Positions 28,533 through 37,223 of a stretch of DNA of 59,087 nucleotides are shown in pieces; position 1 is the stretch's first letter, and the number at the start of each line of letters is the position of its first letter. The notes beneath the pieces were generated by a model. The model was given only the letters and a program-made list of their open reading frames with translations. It ran no database searches and was not told the DNA's origin. Made by a program: the position numbers and the translations under genes. The stretch lies in contig CAVPLM010000013.1 in the NCBI GenBank assembly GCA_963706025.1, positions 1 to 59,087 of the forward strand, read 5' to 3'. This DNA is from an uncultured Actinomycetes bacterium. GTDB lineage: Bacteria > Actinomycetota > Thermoleophilia > RBG-16-64-13.

Positions 28533-30803
28533 CTAGCTGCGCGGACCGGCACTCCTCATCAATTGCTCGGTCGCAAGGATCCGGGTGGCGAGATGGAGCT
28601 CAAACCGAGTATCGTCGTCGGAGAGATCGACTTCGAGAATCTCTTCGGCGCGACTCAGCCTGTACTTGAGAGTGCTCAGGTGAATGTGGAGCCGGCGCGT
28701 CGTCTCGACCTTGTTCCCACTACAGTCAAGGTAGCAGGTGAGGGTAGGAACGAGAGCGCTTCTCGACCGACGGTCATGATGGATCAGACCGCCGAGCCGC
28801 TTCTGTACGAAGGAGTCTAGGCGGGTGCTGTCGCCCTCACCCAGCAACCCTAAGACCCCGAACTGCCCGTACTCGACGAAGGCCCCGGGCAGGTCCAAAT
28901 CGCGGTGCATAGAGAGAGCTATCTGGGCTTCACGATAGCTATCCTTGATGTCCGCCAGCGTAGCGACAAAAGTGCCCATGCCCACTACCAGCCGCTGGCC
29001 ACGCATCTGCTTCTGAAGTTCGGTCGCAAGCAGGCGTCCAAACCGCGCGCCTGAACTCTCAAAGTTATCGCCGTCTGCAGTGACCACGCACAGTACCTGG
29101 CGGCCCTTGGCGGCCACTATTGCATGTAGCCGCTGTGACTCGGCGATCGACTCAATCGTGCGCCAGATATTGCGACGAGCGACAATTGTGTCGTGCCCCT
29201 CGACCTGGTTCTCGACTTCCGGGTCCTTCATCTCGGCCACAACGGCAACCGCCGGGCTGGTCGCGTCATGTCCGAGATAGCCGGCACGACGTAGTGCGGA
29301 TTTGACTGTTTGCTCGTTCTCATCGAGAAGATCGTCGAGTAGTTCCCCTCTGAGCCGTTGCTCCATCTCAGCCTCGACCCGGAGACGCATCATACGGAGA
29401 GCGATGATAACCCCGGCACGCTCGGCAATCCGGAGTGCGACGGAATCCACGTTCCTGTCAAGCTGAATAACATGAACATAGCCAAGTACCTCGTTCCCCG
29501 AGACCACTGGAGCGACGGCCCGAGCAAGCGCGAGATCCGCGCCTGAAGACTGCTGAAGGATAACCCCGTGACGAGAACCAGTTCCCTCCTGTTCCTTCTC
29601 GGCTTGCTGGTTCAGCAAATCGAATGGTACCGCGGCCTCGTAGACGCCGGGAGCGGCCGGCTGAGGAGGATGACAGGCCAGGAGATTGAGACGGGAGTCA
29701 TAGATGGCGGTGGGATTGCCAACGAGGCGGCTTAGAGCCTCGGCAATCATTTGGAAGTCTCCGTCTCTCAGAACGATGGCGGTCAGTCGGTCGTCCACTT
29801 CGATCGCTTGGCGCTCCCGCTCGTACAACTCTGAGTTTGCAATGGCTATCGCTGCCTGATCCGCCATACCTTGGAGAAGCCTCGCATCGCGCTCCGTGAA
29901 TCTGTCCGGACGACGGTCAGCCGCGTAGATAACTCCTGTCACATCCTTGCCAAATATCATTGGCACTGCGACCACGGCTTTGACGCCCTCGCCGTTCACC
30001 ATGTCTTGGACCTGCTGGCTGGTGACGTGAGGATAGGCGGAGTAGTCGGGGATGATGAGCGGTTCTCGGGATGCGGCAACGGTACCGCCGATCCCCTCGC
30101 CAAATCGCATCCGCATGACGTTCCGCCAGGATGCGCTGACGCCGTGAGTCATGACCACCGTTAGTTCCTGCTGCCGTTTGTCGGCCAAACCGACGTACGA
30201 GATGTCCACATCAAGAAGTTGCGCGGACTTTCGACAGATCAGATTGAGCACGCGGTCGGGACTACCAAGGGCCGATATTTCCTTGCCGATCTCGTGGAGA
30301 GCCCGGATCTCTGCCTCCCGTGCCGCGGCTGCCGCCATCGCAAGGTCCGTTGCTACCGCTGTCTCCATCGCCTTTGCCACCGTCGTTAGCACGAGATCAT
30401 CGACAGTGGGAAGGCCAACGGAAGCGGTGCTTCCTAACAGTAATAGCCCCTCAAAGTCGTTCTCTTGGAAAAGACGAGCCGTGTACGAACGAAGCCCGCA
30501 AGCGTCGGCCCAATTGGCAGCAAGCGCGGGGTCGCAGTCAATGGAAGAACCACGGCTCGCAGTTATCTGACGCGTCTGGGCGCAGCGCTCATCCAGCTTA
30601 CGCAGACAGTCTTCACTGATTCCCCAGGCGGCGGCGAGAAGGCATTGCCCGGGTCGAAGCATCGGACGCACCCCCGCGCGAGAGCAGAGTACAAGCGCTG
30701 CTGCTTCCTGCCCGGTAACCTTCGCAGCCCATTCCGTGAGAGACGCCAGGTGATTATCGGTGTTCAGATGATCCCCCAGTTCGTCCATCCACCTCTGCCT
30801 CAA
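28533..30803 (-). CDS. GAF-domain PucR/CdaR-family transcriptional activator
   Basis: GAF (GEGIGG.VA, AVPM, ADQAAIAI), degenerate GGDEF-like region, C-terminal TL.CYL..SGN..T..RLHIH.STLKYRL helix-turn-helix. Confidence 0.88.
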   Translation of the reverse strand: MRQRWMDELGDHLNTDNHLASLTEWAAKVTGQEAAALVLCSRAGVRPMLRPGQCLLAAAWGISEDCLRKLDERCAQTRQITASRGSSIDCDPALAANWADACGLRSYTARLFQENDFEGLLLLGSTASVGLPTVDDLVLTTVAKAMETAVATDLAMAAAAAREAEIRALHEIGKEISALGSPDRVLNLICRKSAQLLDVDISYVGLADKRQQELTVVMTHGVSASWRNVMRMRFGEGIGGTVAASREPLIIPDYSAYPHVTSQQVQDMVNGEGVKAVVAVPMIFGKDVTGVIYAADRRPDRFTERDARLLQGMADQAAIAIANSELYERERQAIEVDDRLTAIVLRDGDFQMIAEALSRLVGNPTAIYDSRLNLLACHPPQPAAPGVYEAAVPFDLLNQQAEKEQEGTGSRHGVILQQSSGADLALARAVAPVVSGNEVLGYVHVIQLDRNVDSVALRIAERAGVIIALRMMRLRVEAEMEQRLRGELLDDLLDENEQTVKSALRRAGYLGHDATSPAVAVVAEMKDPEVENQVEGHDTIVARRNIWRTIESIAESQRLHAIVAAKGRQVLCVVTADGDNFESSGARFGRLLATELQKQMRGQRLVVGMGTFVATLADIKDSYREAQIALSMHRDLDLPGAFVEYGQFGVLGLLGEGDSTRLDSFVQKRLGGLIHHDRRSRSALVPTLTCYLDCSGNKVETTRRLHIHLSTLKYRLSRAEEILEVDLSDDDTRFELHLATRILATEQLMRSAGPRS

Positions 30804-30869
30804 ATTGGCGCATGCAGGACTTTTTGATTATAGCTGCCGGGACCTCGCTGTGCGCAAACGCAGGAAGAA

Positions 30870-31138
30870 ACCGTCTCGCTGTGATGGGGACGGTCTGCTT
30901 CGTGAAAGGCGCCGATCACGTGCTCGACGAGCTCAACGAACTGCTGGGCATCGACATCGGCGAGACCACCGAGGACGGTCTGTTCTCCATCGACGTGGCC
31001 CGCTATGTGGGCGCCTGCGCCCTGACGCGGGTGATGCTGGTAGACGAGACCGTCCATGCCGAGGTCAAGCCGGGCCAAGTGGCCAAGATCTTGACTGAGT
31101 ACGGCTATTCCGTGAAGAAGGCTGCCGCCGCCCCATAA
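30870..31138 (+). pseudogene. NuoE/HydC-like 2Fe-2S subunit C-terminal remnant
   Basis: MGTVCFVKGA..TTEDGLFSIDVARYVGAC; first Cys codon broken by an indel, third Cys replaced by Tyr, N-terminus missing. Confidence 0.7.
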
Positions 31139-31187
31139 CGGGCGGCGGCAGCCGAGTATCGCGCAGCCAGGTAGCGCCGCCGCAGGC

Positions 31188-31794
31188 TCAGGCAGGCGGC
31201 GCCGCAAAGGCGAAGTCGGCCCAGGTGCCACAGCGGTCTTTGTAGGTGTAGTGCCGGTCATGAGCGGCCCATCTCCAGAAGGGAGCGTGGGCCGCCTTGA
31301 TGTTGGAGAGGAAGGGCAGCGTCGCGTTCTCGATGCGCACCGGCTCCCCGTTGCCGCTCTTGGTTAGCTCCAGGCGCGCGGCACCCGTCGGTATGGTCAC
31401 TTCCACCCAGCCATCGCCCTCCTCCACCGAGATGGGCGCGTAGTGGACGCCCCAGAAGTCCTTCATCAGAGCACCGCCCAGCGCCTGCTTCACCAGCGTG
31501 TCGAGTATCGGCCCGCTGCTCGGGCGTTGCCGTGTCGCTGATGTAGACGGCACCGTGGGAACCCTGGGTTACGCACTCGGCGAAGGTCGGATACGGAAGG
31601 TCACCCATATAGACGGTGGTTATGCCAGCCAGATCTACCCCGCCCACCACGCCTTCCATGATCCGAAAGGTCATGAAGTACCGGCAGCCACCTTCCTTTT
31701 CCCTGCCGAAGTAGTACGGGCATTGACCCTCCGAAGCACATGTCTCGTGATACAAGCCCTTGATCTGCCAGCCCTGCTGCTCAGCGCCCATCAT
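31188..31794 (-). CDS. DUF1326-like protein, one frameshift
   Basis: W.IKGLYHETC..QCP..GC, GVDLAG, YISDTATPEQR. Confidence 0.7.
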
Positions 31795-31813
31795 GCTACC
31801 TCCCGGTTCCGGA

Positions 31814-32161
31814 CTATTTCGCCGCTTTGAACTGCTTCAAGGCTTCGAGGGCGTGGGTCGAATAAACGACACCAGGTCCTCCACCCATGAGAATCGCGAC
31901 GTCGATGGCCGTCAGGACATCCTTTTCTGTCGCTCCGCCCTGCAAGGCGGCGTTGGTATGGGCAGCGATGCAACCGTCGCAATGGACCGCGATCGATATG
32001 CCGAGCGCTATGAGTTCCCGCAGAACGATATCTTCGGCCTGGCCGTCGCAGGCGGCGTGGTGGAGCGCCATGAATCCACCCATCGTCTCGGGTGCCAAGC
32101 CACCCAGTTCTTTCACGCTCGCACCGAAATTCTCGTAGATCTCGCAGTAGTTGGTAGCCAT
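31814..32161 (-). CDS. Carboxymuconolactone decarboxylase / AhpD-family protein
   Basis: RELIALGISIAVHCDGCIAAH, MGGGP. Confidence 0.88.
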   Translation of the reverse strand: MATNYCEIYENFGASVKELGGLAPETMGGFMALHHAACDGQAEDIVLRELIALGISIAVHCDGCIAAHTNAALQGGATEKDVLTAIDVAILMGGGPGVVYSTHALEALKQFKAAK

Positions 32162-32254
32162 TGATATCCCCCTATCTGTGTTGTTTGAGTCAAGCCGCCG
32201 CCGAGAGCGGCAACCATTCCACGGGTCCATCGTACGCGTATCACAGGGAGCATG

Positions 32255-32378
32255 TACATGTCAGAAAGTAAGGAATTGAAGGCCCGGATGTCGCCGTTTT
32301 AGGATGAAAAGACAAGCGTTCGCAGTTCTCCGGTCATGTCCAAGAGCAAAGGCCAGCTCCGGCAACGACCTTCTTCGG
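32255..32378. repeat. 124-bp direct repeat copy 1 (promoter-upstream region)
   Basis: Same length as and alignable with 35800..35923; -10-like TACGAT at 32229..32234 (minus). Confidence 0.9.
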
Positions 32379-32505
32379 CACGTCTGCAGATCGTAGACTC
32401 GGTCTTCCTCATGCGCATACTCCAGCCTGCGAGGCGCAGGCTGGAGGGATTGATCCGCTGGCACTGGGCGGGGAGGCCCGCAGCCATCTGGCGATGCCAG
32501 CTTCC

Positions 32506-32805
32506 TTAGACGATGCACATTCCGTACGCGCGATGGTACGGCACGTAGACGGGAAACAGAGCCACCCGATCTCCTGCCGCCACGGTAGAGTCGAGGGTCG
32601 CCTTGCAGCCATTGATCATGACCAGTCCTATGCGGTCTGATTCCAACCCGAGCCCCGCTGCCACTGACTCTGCGGTTATCCCGGAGCCCGGCGTAAGAGC
32701 GGCTGCCAGCTCGCACAACGACAGGTACCATGGCCCCACGCCTCCCGCGGTGAGGGCCAGCTCCAGAAAGGCACGCGCCTCCACCGCTCCCCCGCTATCT
32801 GTCAT
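32506..32805 (-). CDS. MoaD/ThiS-fold protein lacking C-terminal GG
   Basis: LVMING...GDRVALFP then VYVPYHRAYGMCIV*. Confidence 0.75.
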   Translation of the reverse strand: MTDSGGAVEARAFLELALTAGGVGPWYLSLCELAAALTPGSGITAESVAAGLGLESDRIGLVMINGCKATLDSTVAAGDRVALFPVYVPYHRAYGMCIV

Positions 32806-32812
32806 GCAACCG

Positions 32813-33043
32813 CTAGCCCCCTCCGACCGGTGGGAAGAGGCCGAGCCGATCCCCATCTCCGAGCTCCGACTCCATAGTCCCATGGAGACCGTTGATCATG
32901 ACGATGTGGACGTCGGTCGGCTTCAGACCCTCCGCCTCGACGATCTCACGCACGGTTAGTCCCGCGCTGAACGGCACCTCGAACTGCTTGCGGCCGGTCG
33001 CGGAATGCCTGGGGAGTGTGGCGAAGAGCCGGACCTCGATCAT
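32813..33043 (-). CDS. MoaD/ThiS sulfur carrier
   Basis: VRLFATL...GDRLGLFPPVGGG*. Confidence 0.9.
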   Translation of the reverse strand: MIEVRLFATLPRHSATGRKQFEVPFSAGLTVREIVEAEGLKPTDVHIVMINGLHGTMESELGDGDRLGLFPPVGGG

Positions 33044-33090
33044 TACCGGGCACCTCCGTCGGCCCTGATGCGGACCCAGCCCACCTCAGA

Positions 33091-33366
33091 TCACTCCTCC
33101 CCGCGACGCAGGTAGAACTGCGAGAAGTGAATGAAGTTGGGTGGGAACAGCGCCACCCGGTCCCCGTCCTCCACGCGAGCCGAAGGAGCGACGAAGACGT
33201 GGTTGCGGTAGATCACGTTCACCTCGGAAGCGGCGATGCCAAGGGCGGCCATCACGTCCGCGACTGTCGCAGGGCCTTCGTCGGGCAGTTCCACCAGGCC
33301 CTCGCCCCCAGCGAAGCCTGGGGCCTTGCCCCTCAGCACCGATCCCAGCTTGACGGTCACGTGCAC
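33091..33366 (-). CDS. MoaD/ThiS-fold protein lacking C-terminal GG
   Basis: VKLGSVLR..ATVADV..GDRVALFPP then NFIHFSQFYLRRGEE*. Confidence 0.75.
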   Translation of the reverse strand: MHVTVKLGSVLRGKAPGFAGGEGLVELPDEGPATVADVMAALGIAASEVNVIYRNHVFVAPSARVEDGDRVALFPPNFIHFSQFYLRRGEE

Positions 33367-33411
33367 GGTCCACCGTCCGCACACAGATGAAAGCTCAACT
33401 GAGTTCAGAGC

Positions 33412-35166
33412 TCAGCCAAGTTCAATCACCGGGCTCCAGCCGCACACCTCGTTGAGTTCCGCGTCGGGCACGTCCCAGGTGAGGTTGTGGGGGGGTAGCT
33501 TCTCCTTGTAGAAGAACTCCGGTAGCCGGTCGTCCTCCGGGGTCATCCCCGCCCGCTTGTTGAAGTCCCGCTCGACCTCCAGCACTTTCGCGCCCTGTGC
33601 CGCGGCGTCGGCAACCGATATGTCCACGCCGCACACGGCGGATACCATCTCGGGGATGGCGGCCAGCGAATCGGGTTGGTCCAGGCAGGCGAAGGCGAGA
33701 AACAGGCACAGGCCGGTGGAATCGAAGAAGCCGGCCGTTGCCTCTTGCAGGGCCTGGGAGAGGGCGCACTGGCCCTCAGCTTTCAAGGGATCCACGTCGC
33801 CGCCCACCTTGAGGACGTTGGGGGCCACCGCGTAGCCGGCGGTATGGTCCGCCCCCATGGTGGAGGTGGCGTAGGTGACCCCGATCCCCTTGATGGCCCG
33901 GGGGTCGTAGGCCGGCATCACCTGGTTCTTCACGGTGGGCACGTGGGTGACGCCGTAGGCCTGGGCGCAGTGCCCGGTGCCGTTACCGATCTTCTGGCCG
34001 ATCTCGGTGTTGTGGCGGATCTCTTCGAAGAGCTCGATCATCCGCTGGGCGTCGCCCCAAGGAAGCAGCCCCCCTTCCATGGCCACGCCGAAGGTGCCGC
34101 CCATCTCGATGGTGTCCAATCCCAGGTCGTCACAGAGTCGATCCATCTGCGCTATGGCCTCGATGTCGCCGTTGTCGCAGTTGGCCCCGAGCGCCCAGAT
34201 CGACTCGTACTCCACGCCCGAGGAGACGTAGTTGCCGTCTTTGTCGTTGTAGACATTCGAGCAGTGGATCACGCAACCGGTCATACACCCGTGGCTGCGC
34301 TTGCCCCCCCGGTCCTCACAGTTCTGATGGAGGGTCTCGCCAGAAATGGCCTCGGCCTGATCAAAGCGGCCGTAATGGAAGTTGTGGGTAGGAAAAGCCC
34401 CCGCCTCGTTGATGATATTGACGAGGATGGCGGTGCCGAAGTTGGGGAGTCCCTGGCTGGTCACCGGGTGGGCCTTCAAGCCGTCCACCAGCGTCTTGCG
34501 CGCCTTATCGAAGCGCGCGGGGTCTGCCAGGGGCGGGCGCTCGGTGCCGGCGTCGTCCACCACGATGGCCTTGAGACCGCGGGCGCCCATCACCGCGCCT
34601 ACGCCTCCACGACCGGCGTGACGGGCGGGGTTACCCTCCGGGTCGGTGCAGGCCACCGAGGAGTTGCGCATGCCGTACTCCCCAGCCAGGCCCACCTGGA
34701 TGGTGGCCACCTTGGGCCCGTAGGCCCTCCGCAGCGCCGCAGCGCACTCGTAATTTGCCATGCCCCAGAAGGCCGTGCCGTCCTCCAGGCGGGCGCCGTC
34801 CTTGGACAGGTGGAGGATCCACTTCTTCCCTTTCGGATCGCCCTCCACGATGATGGCGGCAATGCCCAGGCGCCCCAGGCGACCGGCCGCCTGCCCGCCA
34901 GAGTTGGCCTCTTTGATGCCCTCGGTAAGCGGACTCTTGCAGCCCACCGAGAGCCGGCCGGAGTTGGGGGCGGTGGTGCCCGCCAAGACGCCGGGCGCAA
35001 ACACGATTTTGTTGGCCGGGCCCAGCGGGTCGCAGAGCGGGTCAACCTCCGTCGCGACGACGGCCGACGTGAGAGCACGGCCACCCAGAAGTCTCAACTC
35101 CTCCCGCAGGTCCTCAGACGTGACCGTTCCCGCTTCAACATCGACTCGCAACAGCGTTCTCATCAC
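33412..35166 (-). CDS. aor: Tungsten-type aldehyde:ferredoxin oxidoreductase
   Basis: KSPLT..KEANSGG, AGRGGVGAVMG..GLKAI, CMTGCVIHC, EYE, CDDLGLDTI, YDPR, GADH, DSTGLC. Confidence 0.93.
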   Translation of the reverse strand: MMRTLLRVDVEAGTVTSEDLREELRLLGGRALTSAVVATEVDPLCDPLGPANKIVFAPGVLAGTTAPNSGRLSVGCKSPLTEGIKEANSGGQAAGRLGRLGIAAIIVEGDPKGKKWILHLSKDGARLEDGTAFWGMANYECAAALRRAYGPKVATIQVGLAGEYGMRNSSVACTDPEGNPARHAGRGGVGAVMGARGLKAIVVDDAGTERPPLADPARFDKARKTLVDGLKAHPVTSQGLPNFGTAILVNIINEAGAFPTHNFHYGRFDQAEAISGETLHQNCEDRGGKRSHGCMTGCVIHCSNVYNDKDGNYVSSGVEYESIWALGANCDNGDIEAIAQMDRLCDDLGLDTIEMGGTFGVAMEGGLLPWGDAQRMIELFEEIRHNTEIGQKIGNGTGHCAQAYGVTHVPTVKNQVMPAYDPRAIKGIGVTYATSTMGADHTAGYAVAPNVLKVGGDVDPLKAEGQCALSQALQEATAGFFDSTGLCLFLAFACLDQPDSLAAIPEMVSAVCGVDISVADAAAQGAKVLEVERDFNKRAGMTPEDDRLPEFFYKEKLPPHNLTWDVPDAELNEVCGWSPVIELG

Positions 35167-35185
35167 AATCTCTCCCTGTTCGTGT

Positions 35186-35413
35186 TCAGCCGACCGACAG
35201 CCGGCCCGAGTTGGGGGCTGCCGTGCCAGTCAATGTCCCCGGCGCAAACACTATTCGGTTTTCGGAACCTGATGGATCACAAGCAGGGTTGACCTCCTTA
35301 TTGGCAATGATAGCCGACGTCGGCGATCGGCCCCCACAATGTGCCAATTCCTCGGGTAGTTCCTCGAACTTGACCACACCTTGTTCTACATCCACCCGGA
35401 CCAACGTGCCCAT
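35186..35413 (-). pseudogene. 5' stub of a second AOR gene
   Basis: 75 codons paralogous to the AOR N-terminus (IVFAPG.L.GT.APNSGRLSVG), then stop. Confidence 0.85.
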
Positions 35414-35799
35414 GAGTGCACCCCCCATCTGTCTTTGGCTTGCGCCAACCACGGGCCGTTACGCTTCTCCCTTTGCTGTCCGTATTCGTCCGGTCGTAAC
35501 CCCACCTGGCCAAACGAAGAAACGACCCTCTCGATGCACGTCCATCCTCTCAGCACTCAAACCTGAATCACTGGGCATATCCCGAACTCGGTCGCACGAT
35601 GACTGGTCCGCCCCCAGTCCACGTACTAGCCAATCCGCCGTTCCCGTCGGTTAGCCGGAGCGGAGACCTTGAAACACCGCCCCGACCCTCGTCGCAATGC
35701 GAAGGGCAGCTTTCTCCAGGCCAACCTCCGTCGTATCTCGTGCAAGCGAACTAACGCCGAGTTGGCACAGCAACAGGATATCGAGGATAGATGCCGCGT

Positions 35800-35923
35800 T
35801 ACATGTCAGAAAGTGAGGAATCGAAGGCCAAGATGTCGTCGTGTTAGGGTGAAAGGACGAGGCTTGGCAGTTCTCCGGTCATGTCCAAGAGCAAAGGCCG
35901 GCTCCGGCAACGACCTTCTTCGG
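35800..35923. repeat. 124-bp direct repeat copy 2 (promoter-upstream region)
   Basis: Matches 32255..32378; -10-like TATCCT at 35775..35780 (minus). Confidence 0.9.
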
Positions 35924-36135
35924 TCTCGAAGTAGAGTCCCGTCCCCGTTGGGGGGGAGAGTCGTTCAATGGTAGACGAGCTTCCTCACAGGCTTGACGCC
36001 CGGGGACCCGCTCCATAGATGCGGGTGCAGTCGCCCATTTGGCTCCGTTCGTCGGTGTCGGGCCCGACAAAAGCCGTCATCTCAAAGTCCAGCAGGGCCG
36101 ACCCCGGTCCGAGCGAGTGTGCTATCATGTAGCGC

Positions 36136-36445
36136 ATGCATACGAAATCATCAGCTGATATCGGCGCTAAAACCCCCAGGGTAATGACCCTGCGCGGCAT
36201 CGATCCGGCCCTTCGGTCGGCCCTCGACGCCGAGGCTGCGAGGCTGGGTTTGAGCCTGAACGCGCTGATCCTGCAGATACTGCGAGGTTCGCTCGCTCTG
36301 GGCTCTGACGCGCGCCTGGCCCATGACCTGGATGCTCTGGCCGGCTCGTGGTCGCCGCAGGAAGCGGAGGATTTCGCCGCGGCTACCCAGGGCTTCGAAG
36401 AGGTCGACCCATCGCTATGGCAGGACCCACCCCGACGCCCCATGA
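36136..36445 (+). CDS. Ribbon-helix-helix antitoxin (VapB/FitA-like)
   Basis: MTLRGID..L...AAR.GLSLN..., HDLDALAGSWS; runs in frame into the toxin, probably through a C-run indel before the ATGA overlap. Confidence 0.7.
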
Positions 36446-36852
36446 GAGACGTGCTGCTGGATACCAACGTGCTGGCCGATTTCTTCGCCGGCGATCCGGA
36501 GACCGTGGAAGCCTTTCAGCGCAGTCGCACGTTGGCGATCAACACGGTGGTGCTCGGCGAACTGCTGGGCGGGTTCGCTCTCGGGACCCGCGCCGGTGCG
36601 AACCGACGGCTCCTCTCCCGCTTTCTTTCCAGTCCGCGGGTCAAGGTGCTGGCCATGGCGGCGGAGACGGCCGAGCACTACGCCGACGTCTACGCGCAAC
36701 TGCGCCGCAAGGGCAGGCCGATCCCCTCGAACGATATGTGGGTCGCGGCCAGTGCCCGGGAACACGGCCTGGTCCTGTTCACCCGGGACGTCCATTTCCG
36801 GGAGATCGAGGGACTGCTCACCGCGTCGTCGCTCGACCAGTTGCTGCCTTGA
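36442..36852 (+). CDS. vapC: PIN-domain toxin
   Basis: VLLDTN, VLGEL, GRPIPSNDMWVAA, TRD.HF. Confidence 0.9.
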   Translation: MRDVLLDTNVLADFFAGDPETVEAFQRSRTLAINTVVLGELLGGFALGTRAGANRRLLSRFLSSPRVKVLAMAAETAEHYADVYAQLRRKGRPIPSNDMWVAASAREHGLVLFTRDVHFREIEGLLTASSLDQLLP

Positions 36853-36853
36853 A

Positions 36854-36907
36854 TCACTCGATCACCCTGACGACAGGACCATCAACGCAGATCGGCGAGT
36901 TGCTCAT
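36854..36907 (-). pseudogene. Stub of a PIN toxin gene
   Basis: MSNSPICVDGPVVRVIE* overlaps the end of the Phd antitoxin; ICVD resembles the first PIN strand. Confidence 0.45.
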
Positions 36908-37184
36908 CGCGCTCGTCTCTTGCCTCTTCGAGCATCTCCTCGGGAGACGGGATCTGCTTGCCCAGTAGCTCCTCTCGCACGCGGCCGCGCACGGTCGACA
37001 CCGTCTCGCGCCACCCTCGGCCCGCGGCCCTTGCCATCATTCGTTCGTACTCCGGCAATGCGATGACGACCACCTGGGGAACCCCGCCTCGCTCGACCAC
37101 CACGGTCTCCCCCTGCTCTGCCACTCGCCGCAAGAGGTCGCCGAAGTGTACACGGGCTTCGGTGGCGTTCAGTACGCGCTCCAT
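36882..37184 (-). CDS. Phd/YefM-family antitoxin
   Basis: NATEARVHFGDLLRRV..GETVVVERGG.P.VVVI. Confidence 0.85.
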   Translation of the reverse strand: MERVLNATEARVHFGDLLRRVAEQGETVVVERGGVPQVVVIALPEYERMMARAAGRGWRETVSTVRGRVREELLGKQIPSPEEMLEEARDERDEQLADLR

Positions 37185-37223
37185 CTCTCGCCCACTTTCA
37201 TCGATGGGTCCATCGATGAAAGT

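Noticed and set aside
35186-35188. TGA aligned with a Cys codon of AOR (SVGC) as possible selenocysteine
   Set aside because: Homology ends at the stop; read-through gives no AOR sequence
36136-36852. Apparent antitoxin-toxin fusion ORF
   Set aside because: C-rich runs just before a typical ATGA overlap; an indel error is the simpler explanation in this assembly
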